Positions 25,179 to 31,780 of a stretch of DNA of 40,633 bases are shown in pieces; the first letter of the stretch is position 1, and every line of letters begins with the position of its first letter. The position numbers and the translations under genes are program-made. This DNA is from a virus, in UHGV virus genome UHGV-0140992. One strand, written 5' to 3'. The notes beneath the pieces are model-generated. The model had not been told where the DNA came from. It saw only the letters and a list, made by a program, of their open reading frames with translations, and searched no databases.

Positions 25179-28100
25179 CGTTCTTCCAGAGACTGAATCC
25201 GCTCTTTTATCTTATCCATTTCTCTGCGCTGCCATGCTGCCTCGATATAGAATAAGAGATCAGGTCTGACCCCCCATCTAGATCCTGCTGGCGTTATTTC
25301 AACGCGCTCAATGATGTCTTCCATTACCATCACTGGATTATCATCCTCATCAACAATGATGCTCCCGTCATTATCAGTCAGCGGCATTTCCCTTTGGCCA
25401 GTAATGACGTCATCATATACTGCGGGATAATCGTCATAGCAAAGAAAGGCATAGCGGCATGTTGTGCTTTCTTCTTCCATGAGTCCGTGAGAAATAAGAA
25501 CATCACGAAGTTGCTGCGCGATTACACCATGATGTATCCTCGCCCCTTCTTCCCCCTTTATAGCGACAGCGTTCAGCCATTTATAAGCGATATACCTGAC
25601 GTCACCCCAGGCATCCAGCAATGCTTCGTCAGGAGAGACCGGCTCTGTCTTTAATGTTCCGTCACTGGTAACCACAGGATTGGAGCCAAGATAAACTGTC
25701 GAGAACCTGTTTCCCGGACCACCAAGAGCATTTACATTATCAAGATAAGGTTTAACATCTCCGTTCTCAAAAAGATGTTCGAGTGCGTTATATACCGCGC
25801 GACGTGGAGTACTGCTTCCGGAACCATGCAACGTTATCATTGCACCATCTGCTGAAGACGTTATTTCACCGCCGCTAACGATTAATCTCTGAGCGGTAAC
25901 ATCATCAGACGGTACTTTCTTCGCAATAATGGCGTAATTACCCTCAAGTTTGACTTCCGCGCGAACTTGTCCTGATGTACCTGCATGGACAGTCAGTGAC
26001 TGGACGGCAACATCATCTGTGAAATCAACGGGTACAGGAACCGTCCTCACGCCTGACGTCGACATAAAAGTAGGAAGCGTTCTGTTAGGAGTGGCTCCGT
26101 AGACAAAATCCCTTGAAACAAATTCTTCCTGTTTAATTTTCACCCTGAAACAATACAAATCAGCCGGGTGACCATCGTGAACATAAGGATATTTTCTGTT
26201 GTTATCCCCTATGCTCCATGGGTTTAGAAAGTCTTCCCCACCGAAAATGTAGTACAGCCAGTTGTCTTTGATACAAACTGAACCAACACCAACTGCAGAG
26301 TTAACTATTCCGCCCTGATAAATCTGATCAGTAACATTAACCCACTCTACATTATCCAGACTCCACTCATTGACGTTAACTCTGGTCATAAATGTTCTTG
26401 GATAATTTCCTGCATAACGGTTATCAGGTTCTCCTCCTTCCCACTCACCAAATGCGCGCTCACTGCCAAAAATAATCAGCTCATCGCCAACTTTGGCAAA
26501 AGGAAGGTTTGAGTGATGAACATTATTTGGGAAGCGAAGAGAATTCCATGATGTACCTAAATCAGAGCTTCTGTGCAATGAACTACCGGGTTGAGTACTT
26601 AATGTCCCCCTGGTCGTCAGATACAGAATGCCATCATAATATTTTACACATGGCTCAGATGCATTCGCCTCATATTCTGCAGGTATGCGTCTGCGAACAA
26701 AGCTACCAGGAGAACCGAAAGCATCAGAGAAATAGAGTATCCCAAGCTCGCGTGGACCAATATCACCATTATGGTAGCCAACAGCAAAACTGTTATCGCT
26801 AATCGTCGCAAAACTGTGAATCTCAGTAACAGGAGTGCTTCCGTCAACAAAAGAAGGAATAGTTCCAAGACTGGTTTTTCTCCATGGTGACGAGTGAAAT
26901 GATGTACCAAAACTCCAGTATCTACCCTCGTTATTCTGATCCACATCCTGGGTATTTTGCGTCGTAACTGTAAAAGTATTTTTATCAATAACAGTAGTCA
27001 CCGTCATATTCCCGGTAACACCTGTAACACCAGAGTTTGAGAAGTTGACAAAATCACCAGCAAATAATCCGTGATCAGTAATGCGAATATAAGCGACTTG
27101 CTGATTTGCTGCTTTCGTTATACCACCATAAGCGCGAAGGCTGCGACTCATTGGGCGATCCCACAACTCTGCAACCTGCAGTTTATTTCCGCTCACGGTC
27201 CGCGTCTCAATTACAGCAAAAAGGCGATTTCTGACAACCCCCATACTCATGCAGTGATAGTTAACTGTGGGATAGTTTTCATGTAAATCTGTAAGCCATT
27301 CCGGCGTTGTCCAGGTCTTCCCGTCATCTCCTGAGCGAACCCATGCAACATGGAGGTTATTTACACCATGGCGGTCTCCAGCCATAAAAGGCGCATAGAT
27401 GACATTGTCATATACAAACGTTTTATCCTGCGTCCAGGCGTTGTACCACGGTGTATCTGTAATTTTAAATAACTCTCCCTGGATAAAATCTTCAGAAGCA
27501 TAAAAAAGAGGCTGGCCCGGTATTCTCTCAAATAAAAAACGAGCATTTTTAAATCGACTGACATCCGGAAGAGTTGATACTTTAAAAGTAAGCCCTAATC
27601 CGTCAATTTTATAACCTGGAGATGAGGCTTCAAGGCACGCGCTTATTGCAGTGGAATCGTCATTTATACCATCACCAACAGCTCCAAAATCTTTGGGGCT
27701 AATAGCATCACGCATTTTATCCTGGAACGTTCGGTACACAGCCCCAGAACCATACTGAATAAACCAACCAAAACCACCAACAACCCCGGCGATTGCAGCA
27801 TCGACATAATTACGCATTGAGCGATTATTTACAGCGTCCTGCTCAAATGATGGATCTGCAAGGTTAGAAATTTTGTTTTGCTTTGCATCGTAATATTTTG
27901 CAAGCAAAGATGGTTTCATCAATGCACGTCTGAACCACCCAAAACATTGCTGGATCAGCATCGTCAGGTAGTCAAAGGCATCTTCATGCACTTCGGGGAA
28001 AAATTTTCCCTGATTGCGAAGGTCTGTCTCCTGCACTACATCAAGCACACGATCTATCGTAATTCGCCATCCAGTAGCAAGCGGAGACGGAAGAACCACA

Positions 28101-28294
28101 GAACCGCCACTATAAGTGCCCGCCCCAGTTACCGTATAACCGGTATCCAGAACCAATTCTGTTACGTTTCCGTTCAGGTCAGACACCTGAACAACCAGGT
28201 CTGATTTTCTGAAAATTCGAAAAGTATACGGAAACGATGTCGTAACGCCGTTACCGGTGTATTCGTTGTGGTCAACTTCGGTTGAGACCGTCAT
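25175..28294 (-). CDS. tailspike endo-N-acetylneuraminidase (K1 endosialidase) with C-terminal intramolecular chaperone domain, 1039 aa
   Basis: long blocks match recalled phage K1F endosialidase (FERIPGQPLFYASEDFIQGELFKITDTPWYNAW ... EWLTDLHENYPTVNYHCMSMGV); chaperone-domain motifs (LGSNPVVTS, TEPV, DAWGDV) near the C-terminus. Confidence 0.85.
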   Translation of the reverse strand: MTVSTEVDHNEYTGNGVTTSFPYTFRIFRKSDLVVQVSDLNGNVTELVLDTGYTVTGAGTYSGGSVVLPSPLATGWRITIDRVLDVVQETDLRNQGKFFPEVHEDAFDYLTMLIQQCFGWFRRALMKPSLLAKYYDAKQNKISNLADPSFEQDAVNNRSMRNYVDAAIAGVVGGFGWFIQYGSGAVYRTFQDKMRDAISPKDFGAVGDGINDDSTAISACLEASSPGYKIDGLGLTFKVSTLPDVSRFKNARFLFERIPGQPLFYASEDFIQGELFKITDTPWYNAWTQDKTFVYDNVIYAPFMAGDRHGVNNLHVAWVRSGDDGKTWTTPEWLTDLHENYPTVNYHCMSMGVVRNRLFAVIETRTVSGNKLQVAELWDRPMSRSLRAYGGITKAANQQVAYIRITDHGLFAGDFVNFSNSGVTGVTGNMTVTTVIDKNTFTVTTQNTQDVDQNNEGRYWSFGTSFHSSPWRKTSLGTIPSFVDGSTPVTEIHSFATISDNSFAVGYHNGDIGPRELGILYFSDAFGSPGSFVRRRIPAEYEANASEPCVKYYDGILYLTTRGTLSTQPGSSLHRSSDLGTSWNSLRFPNNVHHSNLPFAKVGDELIIFGSERAFGEWEGGEPDNRYAGNYPRTFMTRVNVNEWSLDNVEWVNVTDQIYQGGIVNSAVGVGSVCIKDNWLYYIFGGEDFLNPWSIGDNNRKYPYVHDGHPADLYCFRVKIKQEEFVSRDFVYGATPNRTLPTFMSTSGVRTVPVPVDFTDDVAVQSLTVHAGTSGQVRAEVKLEGNYAIIAKKVPSDDVTAQRLIVSGGEITSSADGAMITLHGSGSSTPRRAVYNALEHLFENGDVKPYLDNVNALGGPGNRFSTVYLGSNPVVTSDGTLKTEPVSPDEALLDAWGDVRYIAYKWLNAVAIKGEEGARIHHGVIAQQLRDVLISHGLMEEESTTCRYAFLCYDDYPAVYDDVITGQREMPLTDNDGSIIVDEDDNPVMVMEDIIERVEITPAGSRWGVRPDLLFYIEAAWQRREMDKIKERIQSLEER

Positions 28295-28398
28295 GTTAAA
28301 TCTCCAGATAGTCGCAGCACCCGTTGCGCCGCATATCTGGTTATTCTATTACCTGGAAAACCACATATGGATAGAAAGGATGTAAATACGAATAGATA

Positions 28399-28413
28399 TT
28401 ACCTTTCAGGTAA
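28399..28413. promoter_or_regulatory. operator-type site TTACCTTTCAGGTAA
   Basis: identical 15-mer to 7224; in the divergent region between tailspike and the LexA-box gene. Confidence 0.45.
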
Positions 28414-28450
28414 TTTGCAAAACGTGCTGGATAGCAAACAAATTATTTGA

Positions 28451-28470
28451 TACTGTATAAATATACAGTT
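28451..28470. promoter_or_regulatory. LexA (SOS) box TACTGTATAAATATACAGTT
   Basis: 18 of 20 match to consensus TACTGTATATATATACAGTA, intact CTGT-N8-ACAG, overlaps a TATAAAT -10-like element about 20 bp before the downstream ATG. Confidence 0.65.
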
Positions 28471-28489
28471 ATTGCATGGAGAAGATAAG

Positions 28490-28747
28490 ATGCAGCAGTA
28501 TCACTATCCACTGGAAGACGGATTTACCGAAAGGATTCACACGCCGGGAGGCGTCAGGTCACTGGTGGAGGGATCGCACTTGATGAAATTACTCCGGGAT
28601 CTCGATAAGGATGGATTTAATGTCGATGGCCCACTTGCCGAACTGACTGCACTGATTAACTACGTCACCAGCTCACAGATGTCTATGCAGGATCTGCAAA
28701 CACATCTCGACTATTGTGCCGAACAATTACGAAAACAAACCCGGTAA
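28490..28747 (+). CDS. small antirepressor-like protein, 85 aa (track 28472 is TTG; ATG at 28490)
   Basis: GGAGAAG RBS; LexA box and operator upstream; about 45 percent identical by eye to the C-terminal domain of the Bro-N protein at 29896..30606. Confidence 0.55.
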   Translation: MQQYHYPLEDGFTERIHTPGGVRSLVEGSHLMKLLRDLDKDGFNVDGPLAELTALINYVTSSQMSMQDLQTHLDYCAEQLRKQTR

Positions 28748-28769
28748 ATTTAAAGGCCGCAAGAGCGGC

Positions 28770-29498
28770 CTATCGTTTCGCTTTGTGCTCGTCCCAGCAC
28801 GTTTTGCACCATGCCATTAAGCCGTCCGCATTTTGATTATTAGGGTAAAAGCTGGTCCGTTTTCTGCGGACATTACAAATTGGGCACCACTTCATATGGC
28901 GTGTATTCTTTGGGCCATCGAGACACCTTGCACACCACTTAGTCAATCCATCTGGATTTTTTGACGATTTCCGGAATTTGTCATATGGAAGGTTTATTCT
29001 GCATCGCAAACACTGCTTGCGGCCACTTGAAACTCTGTTAGCTGATTCTTCTTTTGGCGGCGATACAGAAGGTATTCTTGCTGGCTCTGATACTGCCTGA
29101 GGTGCTTTTTTAGATGACTGAGACGATATGTCATCACCAGGGAATCTTCCATGATATGCCGGACGCATTGATACTCCAGGTGGAAGCTCAGCTGTAAACG
29201 GCTTTGGCTGAATCAGTTGCCTCTCTTTTGCTAACTCCTGCTGTTTACAATATGTCTGGATTACCGCACTATCATAAGCAGGAGGTGCGGAAATATTAGG
29301 CGCATTACCTCCAGTTTTTTGAAACTGAGTAGAGGTGTGTTCTATCACCTGTGTACGATTAATCGTTATCTCCCCATCTTCGGTCTTTATCGTTTTGTTA
29401 TGATTAACGACCGTACGATCAGAGATCTTAGTCTTGTTCTGGTTGATAACGTAAATAATCACCGCAACCACACCAACAACTATCCAGAAAACTTCCAT
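28770..29498 (-). CDS. membrane-anchored protein with duplicated CxxC zinc-ribbon module, 242 aa
   Basis: N-terminal TM helix; two copies of CxxC-x(20)-DGL-xx-WC-xx-C; GAGGAA RBS. Confidence 0.5.
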   Translation of the reverse strand: MEVFWIVVGVVAVIIYVINQNKTKISDRTVVNHNKTIKTEDGEITINRTQVIEHTSTQFQKTGGNAPNISAPPAYDSAVIQTYCKQQELAKERQLIQPKPFTAELPPGVSMRPAYHGRFPGDDISSQSSKKAPQAVSEPARIPSVSPPKEESANRVSSGRKQCLRCRINLPYDKFRKSSKNPDGLTKWCARCLDGPKNTRHMKWCPICNVRRKRTSFYPNNQNADGLMAWCKTCWDEHKAKR

Positions 29499-29518
29499 TG
29501 CTTTTCCTCACAATAACA

Positions 29519-29626
29519 TTACCTTAAAGGTAATATCTTGCTTTCAGGTGATCAAGCGTTAAACGCCACCAACCAAATACGGTTGATTTTGATATTTCTC
29601 CGCGTTTATCATTACCTTTGCGGTAA
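29519..29626. promoter_or_regulatory. operator-type sites TTACCTTAAAGGTAA (29519..29533) and TTACCTTTGCGGTAA (29612..29626)
   Basis: perfect half-sites between the divergent 242-aa gene and the Bro-N gene. Confidence 0.45.
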
Positions 29627-29639
29627 ATTTACATCGCAC

Positions 29640-29880
29640 TCCTCTTGTGCCATAGTAATCGGGCACTGGCAAAATCCAGTGCCGGGATTGGCGTCCCGGG
29701 TTACTAAGTGGCGCATACCACGCCAGACGTGGTTTTTTTATGCGTTAAGCACAGCTATATCCGAATTATGGTGGGCTGGGCAGGGGTCCGAAAGGACGCC
29801 GGTACCACTTAGGCCGGTACGCCAACCTTGTCCAGTTCACCACCAGTAATTGGCGTTGCGGTGGTGATTAAAATCACTAA
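29640..29880 (+). other. highly structured non-coding leader upstream of the Bro-N gene
   Basis: nested inverted repeats GGCACTGG-caaaat-CCAGTGCC and CCGGGA-ttggcg-TCCCGG; CCACG-ccaga-CGTGG followed by TTTTTTTA; direct repeat GCCGGTAC. Confidence 0.3.
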
Positions 29881-29895
29881 GTGGAGATAACCACC

Positions 29896-30606
29896 ATGGC
29901 TAATGCTCAAACTTCCATCTTCAAATTTGAATCTGTTAACCCTATCCGTTCCATCATTATCGATGGCCAACCATGGTTTGTAGCCCAAGACGTTTGTAGT
30001 GCGCTGCGTATCCAAAACGTCACCCAAGCACTTGAAAAACTGGATGATGATGAAAGGTCTATGTTCAACATAGGGCATGAACATCGTGCAATTTTTGACA
30101 GCCGAGTAAAAGAGATCAACATCATCTCCGAGTCAGGCCTCTACACACTGATCCTCCGCTGCCGCGACGCAGTGACACCAGGCACTATCCCCTACCGCTT
30201 TCGTAAATGGGTTACGGGTGAGGTTCTTCCTCAGATCCGCCGCACCGGAAGCTACATTAAAAACTCGCTCCCGCAGGAAGAACGCATAAAGATGGTTGCC
30301 GACCAGGTGGCCAACGCCACGGCGTCAGCAGTAATGCAGGCGATGAAGATAGAGAACAAAACCTACAGCGCCCCACTGAATCCCGGCTACCGCAGCCTGA
30401 TTCATTCGCCGTCTGGTGTTCTCGGCCTGACGGAGAACTCACTGCTGATGAATCTGCTGAACCAGTTACAGGACGACGGGCACGACGTATCGGGCGCGGC
30501 GGCGGAGCTGACCACCATGTTCTGCTACATCGTCGGTGTGAGCAAATGCCTGCGTGATATCCAGACCCACGCGGAATACATCAACGACAAGGCAGGGTTC
30601 TTCTGA
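29896..30606 (+). CDS. Bro-N domain antirepressor-like protein, 236 aa (ATG at 29896)
   Basis: N-terminal Bro-N-type motifs (FKFESVNPIRSIIIDGQPWFVAQDVCSAL); C-terminal domain paralogous to the 28490 gene. Confidence 0.65.
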   Translation: MANAQTSIFKFESVNPIRSIIIDGQPWFVAQDVCSALRIQNVTQALEKLDDDERSMFNIGHEHRAIFDSRVKEINIISESGLYTLILRCRDAVTPGTIPYRFRKWVTGEVLPQIRRTGSYIKNSLPQEERIKMVADQVANATASAVMQAMKIENKTYSAPLNPGYRSLIHSPSGVLGLTENSLLMNLLNQLQDDGHDVSGAAAELTTMFCYIVGVSKCLRDIQTHAEYINDKAGFF

Positions 30607-30613
30607 CGGGCGG

Positions 30614-30640
30614 TGGCACAGGGATGTGCCTTTAAATAAT
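30614..30640 (+). terminator. weak intrinsic terminator after the Bro-N gene
   Basis: ggcaca-ggga-tgtgcc followed by TTTAAATAATT. Confidence 0.3.
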
Positions 30641-30678
30641 TCTGTACAGATTGCAGACTGTGGGTGAATAGCGTACTA

Positions 30679-30693
30679 TTACCTTAAAGGTAA
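30679..30693. promoter_or_regulatory. operator-type site TTACCTTAAAGGTAA
   Basis: identical to 29519; immediately before AGGAGG and the ATG at 30706. Confidence 0.45.
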
Positions 30694-30705
30694 AGGAGGC
30701 GCGAT

Positions 30706-30873
30706 ATGACAGCGTTGAAAAATCGTACTCAGCACAATGAACAAGCCAAGCAATGCTGGGATGTCATTGGAAAAGTTATGCTTGGCCGCGCAAGCAAAGA
30801 GCGCGACAAGGATATGGTTTACCAGACAGGAACATCTTTCAGCGACTTCAAGGCGGCATTTCGCTCCAAATAG
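30706..30873 (+). CDS. possible small protein, 55 aa (MTALKNRTQHNEQAKQCWDVIGKVMLGRASK...)
   Basis: AGGAGG RBS 6 nt upstream; operator directly upstream; below the ORF-track cutoff. Confidence 0.4.
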   Translation: MTALKNRTQHNEQAKQCWDVIGKVMLGRASKERDKDMVYQTGTSFSDFKAAFRSK

Positions 30874-30893
30874 AAGCACATCAGGAGTTTTCC

Positions 30894-31334
30894 TTGAAGT
30901 TTAACATTAGAATATCTAATAGTTTTCTACATGGGGAAAGCAACACCCCTTTCGCTGTAGACGGACCTTTCCTTACTGATGATGAAATAAAAATCATACA
31001 AAGTTTTTTAGAGGATGTTGCCAATGGAAGGGCGCTTGTTGGAAAAAACAAGCCCTCGTGGGTTGATGATAACCATGATAAAATTCCCGGCTCAGACAAT
31101 TATGAGCAAGAGAATTATTGGCATTATCATTGTGGGCCAACATGGTATCCAAACACATTTAAGAATTATACCATTAACTTAAATTTCAACCCTGGCGGAA
31201 GGCATTCTAATGAATGCATTCATTATGCAAAAAATGATAATGAAATTGTCATTGTTGGATTTTCAAGAGAACACATACCTTTCCTTTCATCAGATGGAAA
31301 CAACAATCCGCTTTTTAATGATGAAGAAGAATAG
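30894..31334 (+). CDS. hypothetical AT-rich moron protein, about 146 aa (TTG start; track ORF begins 30753)
   Basis: AGGAG RBS 7 nt before in-frame TTG; markedly AT-rich codons versus flanks; acidic C-terminus. Confidence 0.4.
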   Translation: MKFNIRISNSFLHGESNTPFAVDGPFLTDDEIKIIQSFLEDVANGRALVGKNKPSWVDDNHDKIPGSDNYEQENYWHYHCGPTWYPNTFKNYTINLNFNPGGRHSNECIHYAKNDNEIVIVGFSREHIPFLSSDGNNNPLFNDEEE

Positions 31335-31426
31335 CCCGCGCTGCGGGCTTTTTTGTGGACGAAACAAAAGTCAGTGCTACACTCATTGACGCCACATTGA
31401 GGTGGCTTATAGATGGAAATTTCACA

Positions 31427-31588
31427 ATGAAAAAAGCATTTGCTGCACTGTTCGTTTTGTTGTCTCTGGTAGCTTCAACTCAGGCCTTTGCCGGTCGTTG
31501 TCAGCACGACAGCGACACTGCTGCTGACGGCTCCCGCTGCGGTGGGCGTTCTGCGGACTCCCGTCCGGGCGGCGGTGGCATTCGTTAA
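31427..31588 (+). CDS. small secreted Gly/Cys-containing peptide, 53-aa precursor with signal peptide
   Basis: MKKAFAALFVLLSLVASTQAFA signal-like N-terminus with AFA-G cleavage context; 31-aa Gly/Asp/Arg-rich mature part with two Cys. Confidence 0.35.
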   Translation: MKKAFAALFVLLSLVASTQAFAGRCQHDSDTAADGSRCGGRSADSRPGGGGIR

Positions 31589-31594
31589 AAACAA

Positions 31595-31610
31595 GGCCGC
31601 GAAAGCGGCC
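31595..31610 (-). terminator. hairpin GGCCGC-GAAA-GCGGCC with minus-strand U-run
   Basis: 6-bp GC stem, GAAA loop; TTGTTTTTAA follows on the minus strand. Confidence 0.4.
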
Positions 31611-31611
31611 T

Positions 31612-31623
31612 GTGACATGTCAC
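31612..31623. repeat. perfect palindrome GTGACATGTCAC, copy 3 of 3
   Basis: exact 12-mer between the small hydrophobic ORF stop and the hairpin. Confidence 0.6.
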
Positions 31624-31630
31624 GCTCACG

Positions 31631-31771
31631 TTATGACAAGCCTATGTACCCTGCTACACCAGATAATATCATAATAACTGCAACAGCAAATTCGCCATCG
31701 TCAATGATACATTTACGGTTCATAACGCCAAGTGCAACAAGCGCAAACACAACAAGAATAAAAGCAATCAT
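31631..31771 (-). CDS. possible small hydrophobic protein, 46 aa (MIAFILVVFALVALGVMNRKCIIDDGEFAVAVIMILSGVAGYIGLS)
   Basis: GGATGAGAA RBS-like context 10 nt after the 824-aa gene stop; two hydrophobic segments; below the ORF-track cutoff. Confidence 0.3.
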   Translation of the reverse strand: MIAFILVVFALVALGVMNRKCIIDDGEFAVAVIMILSGVAGYIGLS

Positions 31772-31780
31772 TTCTCATCC

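Noticed and set aside
29538-29849. 103-aa plus-strand ORF upstream of the Bro-N gene
   Set aside because: Lies in a region dominated by inverted repeats and a terminator-like hairpin; Trp/Arg/Pro-rich composition; interpreted as structured leader.
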